64,000 nt of DNA from Phoronis australis. Its lineage: Eukaryota; Animalia; Phoronida. This document shows, piece after piece, positions 50,301 to 64,000 of the stretch. Made by a program: the position numbers and the translations under genes. The notes under the pieces are model-generated. The model did not search any database. It saw nothing but the letters and a program-made list of their open reading frames with translations, and had not been told where the DNA came from. How positions within the stretch are numbered: position 1 is the stretch's first letter; every line of letters starts with the position of its first letter. The stretch is taken from positions 395,906 through 459,905 of the forward strand of contig NMRA01000071.1 in the NCBI GenBank assembly GCA_002633005.1, written 5' to 3'.

Positions 50301-53300
50301 TTTCACAAACACTTATTGTATTCACACTATACTTTATGCACTGTTGTACAAAACACTGTTAGGAATTGTTTCATGTATAAATCAAATAAAAATGAAATGA
50401 TTTAATACTTAGAAAACTGTAACAGCATTTCTGAGATTTTATCTTTTTATGAAATGTTTGTTTTTGACACCATTGTTTTGCAACAGATGAACATGTACTT
50501 ATCTTTTTTCTAATGAACATGCACTTATCTTTTTTCTAACTTTATAAAAAACAAACCGTCAAGTTCTACAGGCTTTGCAGATATTTGGCTATATATGCAG
50601 ACCTGTCTAAAAGGTCCTATAATGTAATGCCCATACATGCCTATAATGTAATGCCCATACATGCCTATAATGTAATGCCCATACATGCCTATAATGTAAT
50701 GCCCATACATGCCTATAATGTAATGCCCATACATGCCTATAATGTAATGCCCATACATGCCTATAATGTAATGCCCATACATGCCTATAATGTAATGCCC
50801 ATACATGCCTATAATGTAATGCCCATACATGCCTATAATGTAATGCCCATACATGCCTATAATGTAATGCCCATACATGCCTATAATGTAATGCCCATAC
50901 ATGCCTATAATGTAATGCCCATACATGCCTATAATGTAATGCCCATACATGCCTATAATGTAATGCCCATACATGCCTATAATGTAATGCCCATACATGC
51001 CTATAATGTAATGCCCATACATGCCTATAATGTAATGCCCATACATGCCTATAATGTAATGCCCATACATGCCTATAATGTAATGCCCATACATGCCTAT
51101 AATGTAATGCCNNNNNNNNNNNNNNNNNNNNNNNNNNNNNNNNNNNNNNNNNNNNNNNNNNNNNNNNNNNNNNNNNNNNNNNNNNNNNNNNNNNNNNNNN
51201 NNNNNNNNNNNNNNNNNNNNNNNNNNNNNNNNNNNNNNNNNNNNNNNNNNNNNNNNNNNNNNNNNNNNNNNNNNNNNNNNNNNNNNNNNNNNNNNNNNNN
51301 NNNNNNNNNNNNNNNNNNNNNNNNNNNNNNNNNNNNNNNNNNNNNNNNNNNNNNNNNNNNNNNNNNNNNNNNNNNNNNNNNNNNNNNNNNNNNNNNNNNN
51401 NNNNNNNNNNNNNNNNNNNNNNNNNNNNNNNNNNNNNNNNNNNNNNNNNNNNNNNNNNNNNNNNNNNNNNNNNNNNNNNNNNNNNNNNNNNNNNNNNNNN
51501 NNNNNNNNNNNNNNNNNNNNNNNNNNNNNNNNNNNNNNNNNNNNNNNNNNNNNNNNNNNNNNNNNNNNNNNNNNNNNNNNNNNNNNNNNNNNNNNNNNNN
51601 NNNNNNNNNNNNNNNNNNNNNNNNNNNNNNNNNNNNNNNNNNNNNNNNNNNNNNNNNNNNNNNNNNNNNNNNNNNNNNNNNNNNNNNNNNNNNNNNNNNN
51701 NNNNNNNNNNNNNNNNNNNNNNNNNNNNNNNNNNNNNNNNNNNNNNNNNNNNNNNNNNNNNNNNNNNNNNNNNNNNNNNNNNNNNNNNNNNNNNNNNNNN
51801 NNNNNNNNNCTATAATGTAATGCCTATATATGCCTATAATGTAATGCCTATATATGCCTATAATGTAATGCCTATATATGCCTATAATGTAATGCCTATA
51901 TATGCCTATAATGTAATGCCTATATATGCCTATAATGTAATGCCTATATATGTCTATAATGTAATGCCTATATATGCCTATAATGTAATGCCTATATATG
52001 CCTATAATTTAATGCCTATATATGCCTATAATTTAATGCCTATATATGCCTATAATGTAATGCCTATATATGTCTATAATGTAATGCCTATAATGTAATG
52101 CCTATACATGTCTATAATGTAATGCCTATATATGTCTATAATGTAATGCCTATATATGCCTATAAGGCCCTGCAGATCCCTAAAGTGAATTTGTGAGCAC
52201 ATGAGCATACTGAGAATTTTTAACTTTAAAAAGTTTATTTAATATGCAGGAAAACTGTCTAATTTTAGCAAACATTTTTTTAACACAGTACCTCTGTCAC
52301 AAATGGCTGATTAAATTCACATGAAACTTTAAGACATGAACCTTCCTACACTGTTCTCCACTGTATTCAAAACATTCCACACTTTGCATGAGGACTACCC
52401 AATAATAGGACTTATGGTTTTCATGAAACTTTAACTTGCATAAAACAAAAACAAACCGAAAACTTAGAAAACTGTCACAGCGTTTTTGTGATTTTATCTT
52501 GAATATTTTATCACATGAAATTTGATTGTTATTTATCCTGCTGTTTTGCTATGAAAGTATCTTTTGTTTTCACCAAATTTCCTAAAAACGCAATGTCACG
52601 TGACCTAATTCTTTACATCACAAACTAGCATGCCAATCCAAGTAAATTGTCAAACAAAAGACATTCAACCTTCTGTTTCTGTGTAAAGTCCAAGTAGTGA
52701 AGAAGAATGCTGCGGAACTTTGTGACATCATCTCTGGTCAACAGGTTACGGTCTGTAACAACAGGGGGCAGTGTCAATCTTGAATTGTTAACTAATAAGA
52801 AATACGTTGGAACTTCAAACCATTGCAACATTGACTTGCTCTTCAGCTCTTCAATTGTTAATGACAACCCAAGTCGCAGGCAATGTGTACACGCACCATT
52901 TCCAAATTTGCAATTTCAGGGATGACTAACACCAATACACTCTGACTGCTAGTTTTGATATTTCTGTTGGTAGTAGAATGCTATCACTCAGCATGAAACT
53001 GATTTTATATGAGTAATGTCTACTTCAATTTTCATTTTTGACCAGCTTAACACGGCCAAATACAGCTTTAAACAACAAGTGACAGATTTATAAATGGTTC
53101 CCACACACATTCCATTTTCACTTTCCACAAGTTAATTTTCCACAAAAATTCCTGGATGGCTGAAGTCAACAACTATTCCTAAAATGAGCGACGGCGTCTT
53201 AATTTAAATTTTCAACATAATTCCAGCCATGGAAATACAGAGCTCTTTAGTGTTGGAAATTAATTTCACTTCCAAAGAATTACCATCATCCTAACAATGA

Positions 53301-54705
53301 AATAACTTACTTTCCCTACGAGTCTGTCTTTGCAACACATTATCAATGTCCCTGGTTACCATGGTGATGTTGATGCGGTATCGCTTGTCATATCGCAAGG
53401 GTAGACTCAGAAGATGAGAGTCTCCTTTACAATGAGACTTTTTACCTGAGACATTACAAAGATGGCTTTATCAGTACATGACTGTGATGACTACTATTGT
53501 GCATCTAATGAATTTATATCAACGAAATTATGAAATTTACCATGTGAATATTCAAAAAACGGTGGAGTTGTAACTTGAATATCTCACAAGCATGTAAACA
53601 ATCATGATATGATATGAATATGCCAAGAATGACTTCACGCTTTTAACAGCATTTGAGCAGAGAATAACGTATTGAGCAGAGAATAACGTATTGAGCAGAG
53701 AATAACGTATTGAGCAGAGAATAACGTATTGAGCAGAGAATAACGTATTGAGCAGAGAATAACGTATTGAGCAGAGAATAACGTATTGAGCAGAGAATAA
53801 CGTATTGAACAGAGAATAACATATTGAACAGAGAATAACATATTGAGCAGAGAATAACGTATTGAACAATGTGATAACATTATTCATAGCCAGTGACTTT
53901 GATACCATTTCAAGTGGTAGCTAGGAATCTGCATTGTTTGACTGTACATAGAACTGACAACACTATCTTTTGATGATGTTTCTAATTCACCTGATTGCTG
54001 CAAAGCCTTTCGTTGTTCAAACGCAACATATTTGTTGAGAAACAGCCAAAAGTCATCATATGTTGAAGAACCCTTTTTAATCAAATCATCATCCTTGAAG
54101 AACAATCGATCCAAAGTTGACCTGTGACCTTGCCAATCAACTTGCACAAACTCCTCCTCACTATCTGAACTGGAAGTCTCCATCCTTGGGAGACCAGTAA
54201 CATCACGACTGGCAGGTGTCCCTTTCTCTGCAGGATTGTGGTCTTTCTCAACTGCTCTTGATGTTTCTACATATTCACTATTGCCAGACCTTGAGCTATA
54301 AATAAGGTGTTTATCCACTTCCTCTCTAGATCTGTGTTCAGAATGTTTTGCATGTTTATGGTGACCCCTGTCATAACGTTTACTACCACTTGCTCCATCC
54401 CATGACTCATGCCTTACACTTTCTCTGACTTTCTTACACCAACCTTCATCACTATTATCAAATCTCACTTTTCTCTCTCTGTGTTCGTCCTCATCATGCA
54501 ACTCTGCACCATCCCTATAGATGTCACTCCTGTGCCTGTGTTTGTTGGCATGAGGTAACTCTTTACTATCACTACTGATGTCACCCCTTTGCCTATGTTT
54601 GTCCGCACAAGGCAACTCTGTGTCATCACCACGGGTGTCACTCCTGTGCCTATGTTTCTTGTGTTTCTTTTTCTTATGTTTGTGACTGGAAGAACTACCT
54701 GTCAT
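35360..54705 (-). CDS. DHX34: Probable ATP-dependent RNA helicase DHX34 (DEAH-box family, NMD factor), ~1314 aa, 21 exons
   Basis: Exons (minus strand): 54705-53991, 53445-53311, 52752-52670, 50077-49940 ([10 protein letters not shown]), 49544-49137 (TQPRRIA, DEVHERH, MSAT), 48149-48024, 47161-47006, 46487-46380 ([13 protein letters not shown]), 44481-44385 (AEQRKGRAG), 43801-43654, 43372-43111 (HA2), 42152-41967, 41651-41493, 40832-40590, 40289-40144, 39866-39756, 39263-39142, 38642-38469, 37972-37861 (duplicate at 36928-36817), 35998-35835, 35511-35360. All introns are GT-AG and phases are consistent (3945 nt). It has the DHX34-type YDKRYRINI motif and C-terminal CxxC..H/C zinc-finger-like motifs. 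Confidence 0.95.
36483..38137. repeat. Tandem ~610-bp duplication (36483-37093 vs 37409-38137) including DHX34 exon 19; probable allelic haplotypes
   Basis: The copies are near-identical with scattered SNPs, joined at the single N 37408, and differ by a MITE and by an 18-bp repeat expansion (37615-37755). Confidence 0.85.
37094..37407. mobile_element. Second copy of the same MITE, truncated by the assembly junction (N 37408)
   Basis: Near-identical to 32542-32870; the empty site caaatgtaactct|actag is present in the duplicate segment at ~38137. Confidence 0.85.
38158..38428. repeat. ~50-54-bp minisatellite x5
   Basis: Unit gtagaggtctctgcagttaaggaaatatagtgtattgtacagagtgtgag. Confidence 0.9.
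40020..40172. repeat. 39-bp tandem repeat x4 copying the DHX34 exon 15 3' end and donor
   Basis: Unit cacttacacataacacaacagttcatgtctgtgactggt; the last copy is the real exon end. Confidence 0.9.
41636..41792. repeat. ~56-bp tandem repeat x3 copying the DHX34 exon 13 acceptor
   Basis: Unit taacaagttatggtcctacaggcacaatgacatcatcacctcat... Confidence 0.9.
42846..43114. repeat. 43-bp tandem repeat x6 beginning at the DHX34 exon 11 donor
   Basis: Each unit contains actcaccat (= atg|gtgagt on the minus strand). Confidence 0.9.
45299..45400. repeat. 10-bp repeat (gtgaagyacr) x10
   Basis: Direct inspection. Confidence 0.9.
45447..45620. repeat. 35-bp minisatellite x5
   Basis: Unit atcaatgtcagcgaggcttctctccatagcaacaa. 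Confidence 0.9.
47098..47455. repeat. ~70-78-bp degenerate repeat x5 copying the DHX34 exon 7 acceptor and first ~20 codons
   Basis: The motif acatgatctcagacataccactgagga.gataagcaggtctcctctctc..tagctgggtactgtaa recurs at ~47100, 47180, 47250, 47330 and 47405. Confidence 0.85.
47515..47690. repeat. 43-bp minisatellite x4
   Basis: Unit tcaacaccagcatccctctgtattaaagctaaatagtgctcca. Confidence 0.9.
48380..48682. repeat. 44-bp minisatellite x7, with a detached copy at ~49012-49055
   Basis: Unit cagctgcaccagtgagtctaagatataaacagtgttctggtgac. Confidence 0.9.
50617..52165. repeat. 24-bp satellite spanning an assembly gap (N 51112-51809)
   Basis: Left unit cctataatgtaatgcccatacatg (homogeneous); right unit cctataatgtaatgcctatatatg (variant). 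Confidence 0.97.
53651..53868. repeat. 19-bp minisatellite x~11
   Basis: Unit attgagcagagaataacgt. Confidence 0.95.
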
Positions 54706-54712
54706 ATTATAC

Positions 54713-55695
54713 CTAAAAAGAACGTTACCTTATCTTAATTAGCTTTACAATCACAAAAAACACTTGCAGCATTCGTACATTTATCTTTGGCCACCAACAC
54801 TACAAATTTCACCATTGTTTGTTTCACAAGAATATTACCCTGCAGACATCCTTTAATAATTACAGAGTTACCGATTAAGTATTGGTTTTTAAATTAAATC
54901 TTTTTTATGAAAATCACGGAGATTGCTTGAGTTCATGCAAAAACAAAAGTTAACAACATTTTGTTACATACACGCTCGACTGTCCATTTTAAACCAAGAT
55001 AGCACGGGCTCATTGTGGGCAGAAGTGCTGCAGTTGATGAACCACAATAGTCAATCAGGGACGCCAGTTCAACAGCTGATTATTATTTGCATACTAATAC
55101 TGCGTCCAATCCCAGAATTTTGAGTTTGAAGTCAAACTGTAAGAATGTTCAAACAATTCATGAGGTAATTTGGCATTCATTTGTACAATGTTAATTAAGC
55201 ATTTGGCATTCAACAGTTCAATGTTAATGAAGGTTGGTCTATTTACTATTACGCTTGTTCTGCACTCTTGGACTATGTTTATGACAGCTGTATTGTCTAG
55301 CTAGGCTACTACTACTTAGCACTTAGGACCTTGCCCTTGGTACTTTTGTCTTGGTAGGTAAGGCTGATTGACCACTTCTTGCTTAAAGTCTGGCCGTCAG
55401 CTTGATAGCTGAGACTGAACATGCCATATTACCCGTAAACGCGGACGTTAGAAGTCTGATGTACACCTTTGCAAACTGAAGCGCATGACGCTCACAAAAC
55501 AAAGGTTTATGTATTGGTAATTTTTTTAAGGCTAAGACGCAGTTTTGTGCAACTATTAAAAATATGCAATTAAATTAAATTATAAAATTTAATAATGTGT
55601 TTCTTTGTGTTTAAAAAATGCTTTAAAACTGCATTAAACTAATTTACTACAAACTGCATTTGTGATCTTTAACAACCTCCGACTAAGTTTCCAAC
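54713..55695. promoter_or_regulatory. Divergent (bidirectional) promoter region of DHX34 and TM2D3
   Basis: Head-to-head start codons ~1 kb apart. A DHX34 5'UTR acceptor at 54713-54714 means its first exon lies even closer to TM2D3. Confidence 0.55.
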
Positions 55696-58600
55696 ATGGT
55701 GGACAATAACAGGAAGTTGTCAACAAAACTGTTATCAATTTTAATTACAACTTGCTTCACTTCGTTATTTCAGAATAACTATGGTAATTTATCACTTGTC
55801 TGTCACAAATTTTCCAAGATTTAGTGCAAACCAGTGGAAATGTGTGGTAAATACACCACACACCAAAGTGTAGTCCGGTCATTGAAAAATCACCTAACTT
55901 ACTAAAGCCAAGGTAAAGCCTAAGCCTAAGCCGATGTTTCAGTCCCGTACCTCTTGCTTCAATGCCTGGCGTCTTAATCAGTCGGTCAAAGAGCAATTGT
56001 CCGTATGCGAGTGATTAAGAGAAGCTTTTATATTACACTCACTGCAGATTCACCACACTTTTCCCCATCCAATGATTAGGGGTAACGCCGCCTGGAACTC
56101 AACATCAGATCAGGTCCCTCTACATCTAGGCAATGACCATCGCCTCTGTTGGCCCGCCAGAGGCGATGGTCATTGCGTACTCTACATCCGGCTCCTCTAC
56201 AGCCATTATGGCACTATTAAACTCAGGAGGCTGTGTGGTCCCTCTCTGCCGTCGTGGTGGGCATTAATGTAGTGAAAAATCACGTAGTCCAAGTTTCAAA
56301 CCCAGTACCTTGTTCTTCATTTGCCAGTCATCCTAACAGTCAAAGAGCAATTGATTCTGTTGTAGATGTGCTTCCGGTGAATCATATGAGCCTCTGTTAG
56401 CTACTCGCTAACGGGCAATTGCCTATTAGCTGAATGGTTAGCACGCTTGCTGGTTTTATGGGGGTTGCTGGTTCGATCCCCGGGTCGGGTAATCTCGGCT
56501 ATTTAATATTACTACAATTCTATTTCTATTACCAAATCACGTCACCTAGGAAATTCGTCACCTGCTATTTTCGAATTTGTGATTTTAGGGTTGGCAACAC
56601 CAATAAACTCTTAAGCCATTATTTTTAGTTGCATGGTGGTTTTGATACTTACATTGGTCATGGTAACAGATTCCTATCATTGGTAATGGACTCTATAAGA
56701 CTGACTAGCAGAGTAAAGGGAATTAATTTGTTCTTTGATTTTTATCCAGCTAATTAGGGTAAAATGCAACTTTAACAAAAAATGCTTGACTGAATTGCCT
56801 GACTTGTTCACTGCAATATTTACACATTTGTGCATTCGGCAGTGCGTTGCATAATGCTTAATTGTCGTGAGAGACCATCCGGAGTTGGTATATGGTGCAA
56901 CTCGGGACGGTCTGGGGTCTACAGAAAACCACATTTCAACTGTGAGTCTACACCAATGTGATAAACGAGAGTAGTTCTACTTGCTGCATCAGCTGCTGGT
57001 ATGCTTATCTCTTTTATGACACACAATGTGTGACTGGGCAAAGCGTTTTCAAAATAATGTGGATAAATCAGTGGAGTGTGAGACCACTGAGGTCCCTGTC
57101 AAGTCCTCGTGGCAATTTTACGTTACGTTTTGTAAGAAAATCGAATTTGAGCTAAAATAAGTTGTGTGGGATTTGTTATTCTACTCATCTCTTGACAAAT
57201 CAGTGTTTACATGGCTTTATGCAGCTTTACAACAAAAAATGAGATCTTAGCTAAAATTGATGCTGGCAGGCTTTTTTATTCTGGTGAAAACAGGTCTCAA
57301 ACTAAGTTAGGAAGGAGACTAGAAGTCTAGAACTTTAGAGTGGTTTGTTGAGCACTAAATTGAAGGTTAAGATAAAAATTCTCCACTCTAAAATCTTGGA
57401 GTCCGAATTTCAAACCCAAATAGAATTTCTTGCTTCTGAAGATTGTAACATGGGACAGTGTTTCGTTCATCGGGAACTGCGTTTTGTATCAACAGTCAGA
57501 AATAGACTTGGCAGCTCATTCAATTGTCGAAAAATAGTCGCCATGGTAACATTGTTATGCATGCCCATAGTGTGTAACATGGAGGTGAATAACCGCATGT
57601 CATTGGTTGGAATTCTTGAATGTGGGGCCACCATTATTAACTATTTCTACAGTTTGGTACAAGGTCTGACTTTGAACAACATAACTTAATTTTCATGGGC
57701 ACAAACTGGAGAACTTTGAGCGTGTGTTTACAGGTGCTCTTTCTGCTGATTCCTGCATTGCGGGCGATGACGTGTGTATCAACACTACAGGGGGCAGTGT
57801 GGTCAACACCAGTGTCCAATCACCACAGAACATTACTACTCATCCCGATGATGAGTTCAACTACTTATCTGTGTGCCCTAGCAATATGGATTGTAGTCAG
57901 CTTAGTGGTGACTGTATCACATGTAACATAAGTGGACAATGTGTGTACGGCTCTAATGTTAGTGACATCTGGTGTCAGCCACGACCAAGGATAGTTTGTA
58001 CGGTAAGTATCACTTTTTGTTTTTGCATGCATCAAGCCTTGTTTGTGTATATCTAAAGTTAATTCCTCACATTCATTTGTTAGACATACTTGAGTAAAGT
58101 TGATGAGTTGGACTGCGCATTAAGGGAAAATTAACTTCACTGTTTAACAATTGACAGATTATTTTAGTTCAAGATTTATTCAATTTATTAAGAAGTTCAG
58201 ACAAGACCCATGAACATCAAGATTGAGACATGCACCAGAGCACAAAACCTGTCTGCACTTAGAGGTGAATCTTGGGTGCATGCTGTGAAACATTATGAAA
58301 AAAATAAGTTATTGAAAGGACACATTTCAATCACATGTAGATACTTGGGCTTAAACATTGATTCCCACTTTGTGGTGATGTTGAAGTATGCTAATAAGTT
58401 CCCTCTGAACTGTTCATTGTGTCTCTCCACTGTTTTGCAGTTGTTGGTTCTGCCTGGTAATTTCGTTTCCTGTATTACAGTACTGCAGCTGTTTCAGTAA
58501 TGTTCAATCTGTGGTCTGACGGTCTTGATCATGCTAGTGTGTCCAACAATGAACTTGTCCGTGTTACAGGGTACACCCAACTTCACCAAGACTGTCCAGT

Positions 58601-59437
58601 GTAAATATGGCTATCAACTGTCACCATGGCAATACACTTGTGACATGAGTAAAGCTACTAAATGTAAAGTGGTCAGTGCTCCTCGTCAGAGGTACGAGGC
58701 ACTCTGCACGGTGAGGGAGACAGTGCTCTGTTTAGGTGAGTGAGCTCCCAGTAGCATTTTCATGTATTTGTGTTTGTATTTCTCTCTAGTTCTGAAAACC
58801 ATTGAACAGATGTTAGCAACTGTTATATAATTTATTGATTTGCTGATTGTGTTATAGAAATAGTTATATATTTTGGTGATTCTGACAGCATTGCTTTGGA
58901 GTTATTGGGAGTCACAAGACTCGGTGCTAAACCAACTGTGTTTTTATGAAAGTTCAAGCTTTAGGATTCCTCAAACCTGATTTTTGAAGTTTGCGAATCT
59001 TGGGTCATTTAAATTGGATTATCGTCCTCTTATCTTTCTTTGATTGTAGGTCGTCGCCGGTTTTACAAAAGATTTCCATGCAACTGGACGTCTGGCTACA
59101 GGTGGTCAACAGCTCTTCTGTTGAGGTAGGTAACCAGTAGGGTGTGCCATAGAGTTCCAGTGCGGCGATGATGGACCGGTCTACTTTCAAATGGTCTGTT
59201 TTGGCTTAAAATTTAATCGAATTTATTCAGAAATGTTTTAGAAGTTATTGCATGTTATTTTATTTCAGCATCACCTTGGGTGGTCTTGGTGTCGACAGGT
59301 TTTACTTGGGATTATGGCAGGAAGGGCTGGGCAAGCTGTTTAGCTTCGGTGGACTTGGTGTGTGGACTATAGTGGACGTGGTGCTGATAGCAACAGGATA
59401 TGTTGGGCCATCTGATGGGTCAGTGTACATCTACTAG
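55696..59437 (+). CDS. TM2D3: TM2 domain-containing protein 3 (almondex ortholog), ~255 aa, 5 exons
   Basis: Exons 55696-55783 (signal peptide-like; least certain), 57734-58002, 58570-58735, 59050-59125 (CNWTSGYRWSTALLL), 59269-59437 (SITLGGLGVDRFYLG...GKLFSFGGLGVWTIVD...GPSDGSVYIY). Phases are consistent (768 nt). Confidence 0.93.
56127..56179. mobile_element. 53-bp micro-transposon: 22-bp TIRs, 9-bp TSD, in TM2D3 intron 1
   Basis: ctctacatc | taggcaatgaccatcgcctctg ttggcccgc cagaggcgatggtcattgcgta | ctctacatc. Confidence 0.75.
56421..56491 (+). mobile_element. tRNA-derived SINE head / tRNA pseudogene
   Basis: A-box tagctgaatgg and B-box ggttcgatccc; acceptor and anticodon stems pair poorly. 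Confidence 0.55.
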
Positions 59438-59945
59438 AGACACCTAGGGAGTGATAGTGAGGTTGAGGACTGTCAGTTACGGCAGACTGTTGGATGAATC
59501 TGTGAACATGGCCACCCTCTAAATCCGCCCCTGGACACCTAGAGAGTGGTAGTAGGGTTGATCACTGTAATGTGTGGCAAGTTATTTGATGTATTAGGAT
59601 ACATCAACTAGTGACAGCCAGGGAGTGATAGTGGTCTCGATGACTACCACATATGACGGACTGTTCGATGGATCAGTGAACGTCTACTAGTGACATCTAG
59701 TGATAATGATGTTGACGACTGTCATGTGTGACAGACTGTGTCCTGAGTGAGTGTACATCTACTAGACACTTCTTGAGTGAGTGGTGCTGATGACTGCCAT
59801 GTATGGCAGACTGATTGATGTATCAATGAACATCTACTAGTGACACCTAGTGAGTGATAACGGTGTTGACTGTCAGACCATTGGATCAGTGTTTTTACTA
59901 ATTCTACAACTGACACCTAGTGTGTGACAGTGGTGTTGAGTATTG
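59410..59945. repeat. Degenerate ~80-bp repeat x~6 seeded at the TM2D3 stop codon (3'UTR)
   Basis: The motif cagtg(t/a)acatctactag(a/t)gacacctag.gagtgatagtgg recurs at ~59420, 59600, 59675, 59750 and 59825. Confidence 0.75.
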
Positions 59946-60972
59946 CATGGTAACCTAACAGTGACACCTGGTGCACGAAGTGCTGTTGCTAGTCATGCAT
60001 ACGTTTAATGAACAATCAAAAAAGTGCATACAACCTCCAGATGAGACTGCGCAAGTGTTCGACACCGTGACTACCTGGTCAAGAATTGGCCTATCGAAGA
60101 AATTTTGCATCAGGTTTCCCAGATGATGGACTACGTTTAGAATCATTTGTGTCACTGTGTTTGTAGAAGGTGCAATGCTGTCAAGATATGAATGTCCTGT
60201 TGTTGTACCTTCCATCTGTCAGTTCAATGCCAGTTGTTGTCTACTCCAACTCATTGTAGTGATCACACAGTGCGATTTCTCTATGCATCTCCTCTGACAG
60301 CCAAACTTTTGACCCAAATTTTTGTACTTGAAACTTAGACCTGGCACCACTTTAAGCATCTGTTTCCAGTTATAGACAGCGGGCAAACTGATGGCTAAGG
60401 GAAGACAATCACCCCATGGTGTTGTTTGTAATTAATAAAGTCTTGTTTTATTTATTCACTACTTCAGAGTTCATGTACCCAATTATGTCATGTTAAACAC
60501 AAACTGCTCAATCAAGTTGTCAATTGACATATCGCCAGGATTTTGAGTGACGGCTTACCTGACCATTTAGAACTCATCATTCTTGACACACCTTCGTTTC
60601 CAAGCCGTCATTATACCCGACAAACAACACGTTGCCGAGTAAAACTTTTTGTTTGTTAGTTGACATTACGCTAGGGGGGGCGGAGCTTGCGATAGGTCAA
60701 TAACACTGATGGTACTGATCAGAGTACAAGAATGAGATCAATAGTTACAATTTTATTTACAAAAGACTACGATGCCAAGAATTCGAATATAAACAAGACA
60801 AGTTACATTACAGATTACTCATCAGTCTCTTGGAGCACAGTACTGTGGTCACAAACCAAAATGGCTGACACAAGCCAATATGGACGTCACATACCCAACA
60901 TGGCTGACGCAAGCCAATATGGCTGACACATTACCAACATGGCCGACACAATACCAAGAAGGCACACACTAG

Positions 60973-63564
<2,592 letters not shown>

Positions 63565-64000
63565 TCACTTGATCACCAGCAAGTCACATGACACCTACTT
63601 TACATCGGTTGATGTAAGACTTTTCCAAAAATCAGTGACAAAATTCCCTTTTTCTATATTTCAAAGCCTTCTAACATAGTTGACAATGCCCCCAATTGTT
63701 CAAAATGTTATCACATGGTAACCATGATACAGACATTGATAATGATCACGCCATTACTTAATGACACTTGTCTTTTATAAAAAACAAACATACACAGTTT
63801 GACTAGTCTGCCACCTGGCGTCGTACATTGTTGAGGTTTTACAGTACATCACATAACAGATGTTTGTGTTTCTCTCAGACAGATTAATTGACAACCATAA
63901 CTGAAAAGCAACAAATTTGAAAAGTGTAAACTAATATAATACAACAGTCATGCTTAATTCAGTTTCAGACGAGTAATTCATTGTTGCATTTGATGCCAGT

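Noticed and set aside
50525-52098. ORFs of 189, 411 and 92 aa (MYGHYIIG / MPIHAYNV repeats)
   Set aside because: Translations of a 24-bp satellite and an N gap inside a DHX34 intron.
56421-56491. Functional tRNA gene (also 20611-20690, 18359-18416)
   Set aside because: A and B boxes are present but the cloverleaf stems do not pair; treated as SINE heads or pseudogenes.
57538-57551. Near-consensus RFX X-box gtcgccatggtaac in TM2D3 intron 1
   Set aside because: A single motif ~1.8 kb from the predicted start; such motifs are common in repeats and nothing else supports function.

Overview
This is eukaryotic, AT-rich, intron-containing metazoan DNA. It is probably a marine invertebrate or lophotrochozoan, inferred from gene content and repeat style; no prokaryotic features or CRISPR arrays are present. 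Eight protein-coding loci could be reconstructed, most with phase-consistent GT-AG introns: a CCDC190-like 499-aa ORF (+), an AAA_28/NadR-Ttd14-like P-loop protein (-), an NHL-repeat beta-propeller (+), a YitH/HolE-like tandem GNAT acetyltransferase (-), a mitochondrial EF-Tu of the divergent EF-Tu2 type (+), the 21-exon RNA helicase DHX34 (-), TM2D3/almondex (+) and the 3' half of PSMC3/Rpt5 (-). Between them lie a decayed CR1/L2-type LINE, an L1/Tx1 fragment, several MITEs, tRNA-derived SINEs and many minisatellites. The most notable patterns are: (i) tandem repeats repeatedly seeded at exon boundaries, duplicating splice sites in DHX34 and PSMC3 and the stop codon of TM2D3; (ii) two 53-66 bp hairpin micro-transposons with 9-10 bp target-site duplications near transcription starts; (iii) a tRNA-like SINE whose anticodon-arm region is amplified about 14 times; (iv) EF-Tu2 with a long basic C-terminal tail; (v) a duplicated DHX34 exon best explained as two haplotypes joined at an N, exposing a polymorphic MITE. 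All calls are by eye, without database searches.
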